A DNA stretch of 64,000 nt from Chlorokybus atmophyticus (lineage: Eukaryota; Plantae; Mesostigma and Chlorokybus algae): the NCBI GenBank assembly GCA_009103225.1, contig RHPI01002069.1:124001-188000 (forward strand), in the 5' to 3' direction. Made by a program: the position numbers and the translations under genes. The notes beneath the pieces are model-generated. The model did no database searches, was not told the origin of the DNA, and saw only the letters and a list, made by a program, of their open reading frames with translations. Within the stretch, counting starts at the first letter, position 1, and every line of letters starts with the position of its first letter. Positions 23,030 through 35,124 of the stretch are shown in pieces.

Positions 23030-25461
23030 ACCCTCCTCAGCCCCTGCTAGAGCGGGTACGCCTGCCGTCTCAGCGCGCTCGGCATGGCCCACGCGGCGGC
23101 GGACTTGGGGCCGGGTGCACTGAGGGGCTTCTGCACAGGGAGAATGTTGTTGTGATTCAGACGTTGAACATGTTGGCAAGGCCAGGGTAAGGTGGTGAGG
23201 CGTTTTGCTGCAAGAGTGTCTGTTTGCCTTACCTTCTTGATCTCAGGGAGACCCCTGGCTGCGGGAGCAGAGGTCACGCGGCGTTGGGGGACTATCGCCG
23301 GGAGCGCCACACCCAGCTGCACGCAGTGACAGTTATTATCGGCACAAGTTTCAGTTGTGGGTATTATATGCTCCTGTTGAAGTTGCGTGTGCATACACAC
23401 GCACACACAAGTGCACACGCACACGCATGCCAGCGCACATGCGCACGCACCTCAGGGTGCATGGCGCTGAACTTCTCGTGCATGGCGTGGGTGAGTGGGT
23501 CCTCTGCCGGCGCGGCAGGGACCTGGTGACCGTAGCCGCCACCCCTCCAAACCACCTTCTGGGTATGCTGGCACACACAGAGTAACCCACATCAACACCC
23601 TGACCGGAGAAGGGACACACACACACACACACACACGTGCGCACACACAGAGATATGCACGCTCTGCAAATGTATATGCGTGCATGCGTGCATGCGTGTG
23701 TGCATACATGGGCATACATGGGCGAGGGTGTACATGTGCGCACACATGCATGCACACACACACGCACACAGATACACACCCTCTTCACACGTACGTGAAT
23801 ACGTGTGCGCGTGTGCACGCCCACCTATTCACGCAAAGACAAACACACCCATCCACCACTCACCCTCTTCGCCACCGCCGCCGCCGCCCTCCAGTGCCTC
23901 ATCGCCCGTCTCATCGCCGCCGACTCCGCCTGCGCCTTGCCCCTCCTCTCTTCAGCGTGTCGCCGGTACCACCTCTGCACGACCGCCGCGGCGTCCTCCC
24001 GCCTCCTCTTCTCAACGTCGTCGTGGTGGTCCAGAGCGCCGCCGTACACGTAGCGGTAGAGGTCCTGCTCTTTGGCTAGCAAGGCGGCCTGGCGGAGACG
24101 CTCGCGCTCGTCCAACTCAGCGGCCTAGAGGAGGAGAACGAGAACAGTATGTTGGGTGTTGCTCTCGCCCTTGGTGATGTGATGGCATGGCAACAACATG
24201 GCAGTGACATGGTGATGAGGGGTGGGTTGTGGCGTACTGTTGGGGAGTCGCTTGGGACTGGGTTGCAGCCGATGCCGTCGAAGAGGCCCTCCATCCAGAC
24301 GTTGTAACGGCCCTACAAAGACAAGCATGAGGTGCGCGTGACTGCTGGTTGGTATTGTTGCTGTTGATGGTATTGGGAGGATGTGTCATTGACGGTGTGG
24401 CTCACCTGAGCAGCCTTGCCTTCAACCCCCTTCTTCTTCATCAAGCTACCAGGCGACTGCAACGAGAGACAAACACAAGTCTGTGATGGCAAAGCACACA
24501 TACACACACACGTACATATACACCCACACCCACACCCGCACCCACACCCACACTCTGTCTCACCAGCGGTGTGCTTGGTCCCGATGATGCCGCCAACGGG
24601 TCCCTCAGCGCCCTCCTCAGTCTCGACGCCGCCCGCGGGGTCCCTCGTTGCCCCGTGCGAGCGTGGCCGAACGCGTCGGTCGCGTGGCCGAGGGAGGAGG
24701 AGGAGTTGAAGGGGGACTTGGGGGAGGCGCAGATGGGACAGCCGCGGCAGTTGAGGTGCTGGTGAGACAGGGAGGACTTCTTGGGGGATCTGCAGGACAC
24801 ACAAGAAGCAGCGCGAGTTGTGTTGAGTTGAGCACATCGTTTGGAATTGGTTCCACACGTCTCGGGATTGGTCGAGTACATGTACACGCACCAACGTGTG
24901 TGGGGTGTTGAGTGTGTTTTTGTGTGTGCTCGCGCGCACACACACACCCACACCCACACCCACACCCACCCACCGAACCAACTTGCAAGCCCACCCTCAC
25001 CTCATGATGGCCCCCGCCCCCAGTCCCGACATGACCCTCGCTCCCCCCGTCGCTCCCGCGACTCCCCGCCCCTTGTCGGCGACGAGCTGCCGCGCGGATC
25101 GCGGGGAGGCCGGCCGGGGGGAGGAGGAGGAGGAGGAGGAGGACAGCGACGACGAGCGGCTGAGAGAGGCGCGGGGGGAGGATTGGGCAGGGGTGAGNGT
25201 GGTGTTGGCTACAAGGGAGAATGGATGCGGCAGCAGTTGTGGTGTTTGTGTGTATGTTGTACTCAGATGTGGCGTTGCGTCCGGGGTGGCTGACTGTGAT
25301 TGGCTGTTCTAATGCGATGCGATGTGCGTGCGTGTGTCCGTTGCTTCAAGGTACAATGATGTGTTGGTGTTTGCCAACAGTCAATGGCCTACTCTCGTTG
25401 GCATCCTCACCTTGAGCTCTGTCCTGAGCGGCCGCAGCCGCATCTGCAGCGCTGCCTCCAT
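23030..25461 (-). CDS. Hypothetical multi-exon protein with an IQ-like motif; boundaries uncertain
   Basis: GC-rich exon-like blocks flanked by GT/AG sites, e.g. AELDERERLRQAALLAKEQDLYRYVYGG...AAAVVQRWYRRHAEERR and SPGSLMKKKGVEGKAAQ. No family recognised. Confidence 0.35.
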
Positions 25462-25486
25462 AGCTCCCGGACCCCTCCGAGGCAAA

Positions 25487-25489
<3 letters not shown>

Positions 25490-25529
<40 letters not shown>
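25490..25529. repeat. (CT)n microsatellite
   Basis: About 20 uninterrupted CT units. Confidence 0.95.
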
Positions 25530-25533
<4 letters not shown>

Positions 25534-28294
25534 CTCGGAGATTTTCCCCTCCCTATACGCTCGCCCTCACCAACTACGTCTCTCCTTCCGCCTCTGCCAC
25601 TGCCGCCTGCGAGGACTTGTGCTTTGTGCGAGATATGGTCGCGAGAATCAAGCGAGCATTGTGGATCAAGGGCGTTTTTTTTCCTCTCCCGGTCAGAGCG
25701 CACGTGACTGGCCCCGCGCGAGCGTGTGTGCGACTCACTCGTGGTGTCCAGGTCGGAGGAGTCATCACGTCAGTAGCAGTAGCAGCTCGGATTAATTGAT
25801 GAGTCATCAACGATGACCGCCCCGGGACAAAAGCCTCAATGTGTTTGAGGTCCCAACTGATCTTGTCCCGTGTTGTTGTCGTTTTACATGAGTTCTTGAA
25901 CTTCAAAGGNNNNNNNNNNNNNNNNNNGGGGGCAAATCTCAGTAAGGGGCTTGTGGTTGCGCTAGAGACAATAAAGGTTGCACTCAACCAACGCACACTA
26001 CACGGATCGATAAGTTGCACACAGCAACCATCATATACTATTATTATGCTTTTGTGAGCGATTTACATTATATATATGTGATGGCTAGGAGGTAATCATA
26101 ATGTGTTATATCCGCTTGTGTTCTTAGCCACTTTGTCCCATTCGCATGCTATTGTTATTCTGCATTACGTTACTACTATACGCTGTGCGGATTGTGATGT
26201 ACAGTTCAATGTATAAATGTTTACTCATTGGTATACATTCGTATATAATATATATTCTGATGTTGCCATTCCATAAGATTAATATGATATTGTAATGCAC
26301 TCTCAACATTATGATGTTAACCATTGTGTCAACATCGCAAATTGATTGCAGTAGCACCCGTTGTGCTACCGTGCATCGTCTTCTCGACGCACCTATTTAT
26401 ATATATAATATATAATAATGCAACGTCAACGAACGTATACAACAACTCATTATACGTCATCAAATGACCAAATCATGTCATAACTCGTACTATTTACCTA
26501 TGGTGTGCAAATTCATATGGTAAGGAGTAGGCGGGAGCATCACCAATTACAAACCCTGCTTTCACTTATGTGTTGTTCTGTCAAAATTCCGCATCTTATA
26601 AAAAGGGTATTCACAATACGAGACAGATTTTGCTTGTAGCATTACACTCACCCAGACACAAGCTCGACTTAGCATAAATGTGGCTGATGTTCTCGCATTT
26701 GTGCAAGTTTGTTGCATGTTTCTGGGAGGTCTGCACAATGGATTGAAGAAGAAGCACGAGCATAAAAGCTGGTCGACTTTGATCAAGCGCTCGACGTGAT
26801 AACTTCATCAACATATGTTTTCACACTCGCTACGTGTACTTGGTAGGCAGCTACGCATGCTAGCATAGCGGTGCATGTGCAGTTCGTTGTCTCATGCTTG
26901 TGCATGACATGGCAATTCATCATCACTGTCCACAATCACAGCATGCAACCATCAACACCATCTTTATCACCGCCAGGCTATGTGCTACGTCTACCTCGGC
27001 TCTATCATAACATGCATGACCCCCCGCAATGTCACAATCATAATGCCTGCCCACATGGCCGTACACAAATTAGTTGTGGTCGTCCAACATGGCAGCAGCG
27101 GTGCAAGCAATGACCAGCATGACTCCCTCCTCCTCCTCCACTCTCTCCCTCTCCCACTTCTCCTTCACGTCTCCAACTCTCCAGCGCTCAGGCGGCGTAA
27201 CCCTTGCAATGTCACCGAGGGCCCCTCCGCCCTGCCCCTCTGCCCTGCCTCCCTCCCCTCCCGCATGCACTGTCATGTCCGACAGAAGTGGGTGCTGTGC
27301 TGCATCAGCGTCATTGCTGGCAGTTGGGTGTTGCCGGTGGGGTTGGGTGGTGGGGTTGGTGTATAGGGTATGTGAAGTGCTGTGTGAGACACACGCATAC
27401 ATATGCCACATGCACACCAACACTCACATGCACACTACCAATTCAGTTTATCAAGTTGTACACCATCACTACCGGGCTAACCACTATCACTATGACACTA
27501 CCGCCCGTCCCCGTTAGCCATGCATGCATGTTGACATGGTCTTACCTGCCCACAGGGCCGTTGTGTGGCTTGCTTGCATATTATAGTACACAAAATGTAA
27601 TGTACAAATTTTTGATGTTTACTGCTATCAACTTGCAATCTGATGCTATCAAGCTCTTATCATTGTCACGTGTATGGTGCTGCCACCCATCCACCCAACC
27701 AGGTAGCCAGCTGCAAACGAGATGAAGACAACCATATACAACTAGCCAACCATTTTTTAAGGAACGCTTCCAACCAATTAGCACATATGCCGCAGAATCT
27801 ATCATCAAGTTGACACGCGTCAGGTTTGTGTCCATGTGCCGGCAATAGATTTGTTTGCACTGCAGTGGGCCCTGTGGGCGTGGCTCTTATGGAGAGAGCA
27901 ATCACGGCCCTGTGGGCGCAGCTCCGGGTTGGCCACCACCACAAACTGTCCCCATGACTACCCTAACTAATGTGGCGGTGGTCTTGGCACAAGGCCTTCG
28001 CAGCTGATGCATGCTAGCATGCATACTTGAATTGTTGTAATGCAAGGCAATTGCTGTTGTTTTGATCTCTAACCTAGCAAAAAAGGGCTTGTGTTGCTAG
28101 ATTAGTGCCCTGGCTTTGACACCGGGACCTTGTGCACGTTTGTCATGGAGAGCGACACGCACTCATGCACCCCAAGCAAGTGCCTACAAGTTCGCACCAC
28201 GCTAGCAAAACAGCCAGCATGTCAGAATTGTACCACCAGCACAACAGCCGGCAGACAACTGCTCTGTACAATGCAATATGCGCACAAGCATGGT

Positions 28295-31200
28295 TCATGT
28301 CCTTGAGCTGTTCTGCTCTCGTTCAATAAGCCTCTGGCCAACAGACATGATAATGGGGTAGATTGGTGCAAACTGCGGTTCCCCGCGGGACTTGATGAGT
28401 TGAGCATACGCATCCAGTGAGGCCTTCACACCTCGCCAGACATCCTCTTCAGAGTGCTGATCAAGCCAGAGGGAATACTGCGCTGCCGTCAACCCGGCCC
28501 GTCTGTGCGGTGACTGAAGTTCATCGGGTCCACGTGTGAACAGGTGATGAAGCACCGCGCTTGCCGGCAGCTCCTGCAAAAGGGGACTGGACTCTAGTTG
28601 GTGCGTCTCGAGAAATATGAGCGGCCGGAATGCGCGCAAAGCGCGATACGGTGCGCCCAGTTTCTCCACAGGATAGATGTTTTGCGCCACCACAAGCTCT
28701 AACTCAGCAGTGTCACGCGCAAGCCGCAACTTGCCAGCTTCTGACAAAGGTCTTATCAGAGAAGCGTGACGAACGAAAAACAGCAGCAGCCTGGTTGCCA
28801 TCTGGCGCAGCAGCGTGTCGTACAGTACTGAAGTTGGTTGTGAAGCACTTGAAAGGTGAGAGAGGAACTCCTTCCGAAAATGCAACACAGCCCTGAAGAT
28901 GTGCACACATTTGTTTGTCGCGATATACGTACTCGAGCATAGGAGCACGGCCACAGCGACACAGACAAGCAGTGCATGTTGGCTGGATAACTCACCTTTG
29001 CAGCTCTTCCATGTAAGGTGATACACTTGTGGCGTAGTCAACATCAGCGTACTGCTGTTGTGACCCACTAAACCGCTCCTCATGCAGCTGAAGAAGGCAA
29101 TTCTCAAGACGTTCGATCATCGCCCGGAAAAGCGGTGTGACTGCATCCTCTGCAATGGAGTAGATGTTCTCCAGAGCTACAGACAAAGCATCTGCTGCTT
29201 GTTCTGGAAGACGGGCTGCGAGCTCGGATGCGCTTATGTACACTTCCTGCAAGGCATGACTGTCAGTGGGCGCTAAAAGTCGAACACCATGTGGTTTACC
29301 ACTTTGCGTACCTGCATGTGATTGCACAAAGCAATGTTCCTCTGTTGCGATGCAGAAATAGCAGCTGAGACCTGCCTTGACTCTGGTCCTGTAGCAATCT
29401 GCATGCATACGTACCACTCAGTGCTACGGCTGCTGATAGTACTTTCAAGGGCGGTAGACAAGACAGAGCCAAGAGAGACTGCGCTCACACCTGATACTCA
29501 GCTTTCTGAGCTGTGTTGAAGAGGGCTTTACTGATGCCTTGCACGACGAGGACGGTCAATGCTGGCTCAGCTATAACAGCATCGACTTCTTCGTGCATGC
29601 GATTTAGAAACTTCCTCAGCAGCTCAGGAGACACAACGCCGCGAGAGCCGCCAGGAAACATAGCATGCACAATGTCCATCAACCGCGACAGTGACTGTGT
29701 CAAGTACGCTGTTTGGTATGGCACAGTCGCGCGCGCAAGTGCATCCCGATCTTCAGGTCGCACGCCTGGCGGTACGCCCTTGACATCCGTGTCTGCACAA
29801 GCGAAGCATAACAGCCGATAAGCACGCCCAAATTCTATCACCTTGGCAACAAACAGCGCCATGATGTGTAATCAGCACAAATTGCGCCACCACCATGCCT
29901 TTAACAGTGCCAGTCTCCTGCATGCTTACCCCTTTGAATCTTTGAAAACATGGCGTGCAGCAGCGCCACAAGCTTTGGGTAGGAGTTTACAAAAGTCTCC
30001 CGAATCATGGAAGACTCGTTGAAGGCACGGGACAGCTGCCGTGACAGCATGTCGACAATGGTGCGCCAGAAGGTTTCAGTCAGCAAAGGTTCACCGGGCT
30101 TGACAACTTCATCCAAGAAGCAGATATGCGTGATGGGATCTCGCTTCTTAGCCAAAACTCTTTGCAAATGCCAGACAGCAACAACCGCGCCGTGGAGCTT
30201 CTCTGTGCATGCAGTAAACCTTTGCCATAATGTATCCTGCCATTTGCCTGAGGCTCCAAACGCTGGTGCTCCCACCTATGGGCATAAGCGCGATAAGCTA
30301 TGTGGGTGCAAAAGACAGCAAAAAACAACACCATTCCATCAACACTTACAGCGCGGACACCTCCTGGTCCCACACTGCCAAGGGAAGTCGTTGAGGACAA
30401 TGCATTGGCATCAAGCGCTGCATGTACCGCTTTGCCAGACTGGGAACTGTACCGACTGACAGTACTGGTCACAGCTGTGTTGAGCTCGCCTAGATTGTAG
30501 TAAACCTACCACATGAGTGTTAAAGCAATGTGTGAGTAATGTCTGTGGAGACGGACTGCCAGAAGGGCCGCAAGTGTTATACTACACCATGCGCATACCT
30601 GTAGCACTGTTCCAACCTCGGCCTGGTTTAAGGATTCCATCCCATTGCGAAACAACTCGTCCGCCTGTTGCCTGACCTGCAAACAGCAAAGGTTAACAAT
30701 GCCAGTGTATATGCAGCAAGCCATGCTTTGACACAGTACCTGGCGGCCAGCATCAGCAAGCCAAGCGGACTCCGCCTCCACAACTTCCACTCCAGAAAGA
30801 TCCGCCTCACCATGTATGGCGTTGGCGTCGTGCAGGAGTTGGGCGGCCTTGGCTAGATCTGTTGTGCGCTGCTCCACACCGTCACCCAACAGGTCCCGCA
30901 GCCTTTGGGACAGACGTAACAAGCGAATGACATGGCGCAACAGTTCAACCGTTTTGTGCAACGCTGCCAGCTGTGCCGTCTTGGCCTTGATCTGGCGATA
31001 CGGCTCTGTGATGTCTGACCTCACCCGCATGATCGCTGCCTGTAAGCATTCGTGCTGTTGATGCTCTGGATGTGGTGTCGATCACGCTGTGCATGCTGAA
31101 AATAAAGGCTACCACAAACCGGCACTTGCTTTAAGAGACCTGAATAGAGGCCACTCCATTGCGCACCACTCCCAGCGCATTTTCCGTGTCTTTCAAGCTT

Positions 31201-32098
31201 GTCACCTGCACATGCCAGACTCATTGCCTGCACACTCATTTACTTAAAACAACCGTATTGTTGGCCAAATAACATTTTTAACACCAACACTGTCATCAGA
31301 CCCTAAGTTCAGACGCCTGCCGTGTCAACTTGTTCGTTGCATTGGCCGCTTAGTACTCATGCACTTCAACGCATTACAACCTTCCAATTGCTGCTTCCAC
31401 CATACAGCTTGCATGCTCGTGCAGAGCAAGAATGCTATTTCTGGCGCTCAGGTACAACTATATGACAATGCCCTGCTACGAGCACTGCATAGCACAAGAT
31501 GATGTCTCGCTGCAATGGTGCTTGATGACATATGACGTTGCAGACAACGACGCGCTATATACCAGAAATGCGTTGCATTAGCACTGTATTCACTTTGAAT
31601 GCATTCCAAGGTGCATGCATGCACTGCAGCAATGCAACGCTTTAGGAATATGATAACGTAGTGCTGCAGTATGCATAGCTCTTTTCTCAAACAACCTGTA
31701 TGCACATGGTACAAACCCACCTGTTGTAGCAGGTCTCCATGGCGTTGGACAACCTCTGTCCTGAGCTCCGTCTCCAGCAACGCAATGCCCTCAGCGAGCT
31801 TGGCGGCGGCGGAGGCGGCGTGGCCTCCTGCAAGGGCGGCGCTTGCAAACTTCGTGGCGTCAAACTGCTCCTCCAGGAAGCCTCGCAGCATGGGGTCATC
31901 TCTCAGCATCTCCAGGGGGGACGGGCCAGCAGGTTTCGCCAACGCCACCGCCGCGGAAGCCGACCCGGAGGGTGAGGCCCCTCCTGCAGCACCTCCAGCA
32001 GCGTCAGCCCCTGGCGCAATGCCGCCTGCTGCATCGCTCCCGGGCTTACCGCTCCCCAACCCCAAGCTCCCTGTCCTCACCAATGCCACAGCCGGCAT
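28295..32098 (-). CDS. COG5: Conserved oligomeric Golgi complex subunit 5
   Basis: FLEEQFDATKFASAAL...KLAEGIALLETELRTEVVQRHGDLLQQ; AQLAALHKTVELLRHVIRLLRLSQRL; IRETFVNSYPKL; FFVRHASLIRPLSEAGKLRLARDTAELELVVAQNIYPVEKLGAPYRALRAFRPLIFLE. Confidence 0.93.
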
Positions 32099-32180
32099 GA
32101 CCACATACCCCGCCAACCCCCGCCGCCGCTGCCGCCAATGCCACCAACCAGCTTGCCGATGACTAAACTACACCATACAA

Positions 32181-32244
32181 CTAAACCTTGACGCGTAAAC
32201 CTTGAGCCCTAAACCCTACGAGCTAAACCCTAAGCCTAAGCCCT
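32181..32244. promoter_or_regulatory. Cluster of degenerate telomere-type repeats (telo-boxes) in the COG5/COX10 bidirectional promoter
   Basis: CTAAACCTTG, TAAACCTTG, CCCTAAACCCTA, CTAAACCCTAA and GCCTAAGCCCT within 64 bp between the two start codons. Confidence 0.6.
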
Positions 32245-32350
32245 GGTAAGGCTGTGGCTGCGGCGGCGGCGGCGATGACGGGGCGGGCGGTGGCCGGGTT
32301 GTAGCTGTGGCCATCCTTATTGAGGAGGTTATTTACTGGAGCTTGGAGCG

Positions 32351-34122
32351 ATGTGGCGGTCTGCGGCCGCCCGGCGATTGAGCTCCGCGGCGGCAGGGGT
32401 GTCCGGCAGAAGCGGCTTGGGGTCGTTGCTGGGAGTGGTGGGCACTTCCTCAGTCAGGGTTGCGAGCACCGCTGCTGCTTCTGCTGAGGCTGCTTCTGTT
32501 GCGTCGCACACGCTCAAAACTGCCGCCTCCACCAGTGCTGCCAGCGGGACGCACCTCGCCAGTTACTGGGGCCGCTGTTATTATGAGCTGTCAAAAGCGA
32601 GGTTAAGGTACGCTCAACCCAAGATTAAGTTCAAGTGCACTTTGAACATGCTTACTTTGAGTAGCCCTAAGCAGCACGCATTGGCTTTCTCATCCAATAC
32701 CGCCCCGGTGTATGTTGTCGTTGGTCTGCAATGCCGGAGCGCTCGCTATGCATGCAAGCTTTTGCACTGTTGGCTGGTACTCATTTGCATTTCGCAGTGC
32801 ACTTGTCGTGGCGACTGCTGGCACCGGGTATGTGCTGGGAAGCGGGGAGGTGATTGACTGGGGTGGGTTTGCACATGCTTGTGCTGGGACAATGGGTGCT
32901 GCTGCTTGCGCCAACACAATCAATCAGGTGTGCACTGTTTCAGGGCTATATGATATCGAGCATGTTGCACACTGTGACCGTTGTCTGCATGCACTGCTGC
33001 TCTCGTTGTTAAGTGGCAACGCGAGATGGCCATCTTATTCTTGTCATCTTCAGGTAATTGAGCAGGGCAAAGACGCCTTGATGAAACGCACAAGGAGGCG
33101 ACCATTGCCATCCGGCCGCATGGGCACGACGCATGCCTTGGCTTTTGCGGCGCTTGCTGGGACTGCTGGTGTTGGCCTGCTCGCCTGGAAGGTATGTGCG
33201 CCATGCGTGCGTGCGTGCATGCGATGTGGAAGTTGTGCTCAAGCTTCTGCAACCTGCTTGTGAAGCACAGTGCATGAACCAACCACTGCTTGTCGTGGCG
33301 CTTGTAGACGAACTGGCTGGCAGCCAGCTTGGCGACAGGAAACATCGGGCTGTACACTCTTGTCTATACTCCCTTGAAAGCAATACATTACAGCAACACA
33401 TGGGTTGGTGCTGTTGTGGGGGCCATTCCTCCGCTGATTGGGTGAGCGTCCATACATACTCTTTAAAACTTGCTGCCGTATGTGTGCTGATGCGGTGCAC
33501 TTATGCTCATTCCAGGTGGGCGGCCGCAAGTGGCAACCTGGATGCAGGCTCTGCAATCTTGGCCTCCGCATTGTACTTCTGGCAGCTACCGCACTTCATG
33601 GCGCTGAACTGGCTCTGCAGGGTTGATTACGCTGCTGGAGGCTACAGGATGCTCTCTCTCCTAGACACCACTGGCAGGCGAATAGCGGCGGTCGCCTTCC
33701 GCAACTGCATATACCTCATACCTCTAGGGTTCTTGGCCACATATCTGGGCGTGACTTCAGAGTGGTTCGCGTATGAGAATGCGCTCCTCTCAGGCGCATT
33801 TGCCCTATCCGCATCTGCTTTCTACCAGCGACCCACCACAACCGCAGCGCGAATGATGTTCAGGGGAAGCCTACTTCACTTGCCTGCATTGATGGCGTGC
33901 ATGCTGGTGCATAGGAAGCCGCAATTTGCAAGCAACACCGCCGCGCAGCCCCAAACACAAGAGTTGTTGCAAGACAACAGTAGTACTGCGGCTGCCAAAG
34001 CCTCGCAGTCCTTTGCAATCAGGGATCTTGTAGAAGCGGGGCCTGTTCATGCGCCCATTGCATACTTCTCTGCTGCCCCATTCCCATTCTTGCCCGTGCC
34101 GCAGTTCGCTGAACGCGTGTAA
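32351..34122 (+). CDS. COX10: Protoheme IX farnesyltransferase (heme O synthase), mitochondrial
   Basis: Presequence-like N-terminus, then YYELSKARL|[15 protein letters not shown]|[22 protein letters not shown] and [26 protein letters not shown]. Confidence 0.95.
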
Positions 34123-35124
34123 AGTAGGTTGTTGAAGTATCTTGCTATGTTCCAGCAGGGCAGGAATTTTGGTGGGTGTATTTGCAATGCAATGCGGCGG
34201 TATGCTGCAGCTGGATTGCCGCCCGCTGCTGGTTCAGTGCTGCATTTGTACACAAGATATGACATAGCAAGACTCTTGAACTGACTGTGAAAGCGCTGAC
34301 ACACTCAGTGAAACAAACAAGCAAGGAAGCATAGCTTATCAGGATAAACACCTGAGGCACTCCTGATGTTGGTGCTCGCGTACATGTCAGTCTTGCCCAC
34401 GCACTGTATCAAAAAATACACGGGTGGCAAGGTGCAGACATGCTGGTTTCTTGACACAGAACATGTGCAGCACAGCCTGATGTAGCAACGTGGTACAGCA
34501 ATCTCCGACGAACACGCGCGTGTGCCCTAGCCCTAGCAGGATCTGCTGTCCCTGACCCACCGACCTCCCCATTATCGTGCGGCCCTGGTTTCAAGGCAAC
34601 AGTTCCACATGCGGGGTACATTCTTCCAACCTGGAGGTAGGCATGCTTCTTTACACAAATGCAGACACGCTAATGCCCCTGCAATAGAGAGTTGAGAAAT
34701 CTGGAGCCCCTTGCACTCCTGTAACAACGGCTGCTGTCTGTTGTGGTTAAATGTTTGTTGCTGTGGTCTATGCCGCTTGCACTATGCATGGGCAATAAGT
34801 CGCATTGCTTGTACAGTGATCAGTCAGCGCAGCAGCCTAGCATCGGCTGTTGCTGCGCCAGGCTATCGTCCCAGCCAATGCGCAACACGCACATCTCAGC
34901 ATGCCAGGCAGCATGCCAGGCAGCAGGAAAACGATCCGGTGTGATCCGAAAACCAGTTTACTGTATGGGAGCTATGCCAAAACCTGTTTATATCATAATC
35001 TATACAATCGAATGGGGCGGTGCTGCAATGCATCACCGACTAATGCCAGTGCATGCTCGATGCTGACTCCTGCTCATGACATGTACAACGGTGCATTATT
35101 CTTAAAGCAAAAATCGGAAATCAA

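Noticed and set aside
26850-27600. C/T-rich ORF-like segment between the AT island and COG5
   Set aside because: Low-complexity sequence open in several frames, with no conserved motif.
32181-32244. Interstitial telomere or chromosome-fusion scar
   Set aside because: Only a few degenerate units inside a 250-bp promoter; better explained as telo-boxes.
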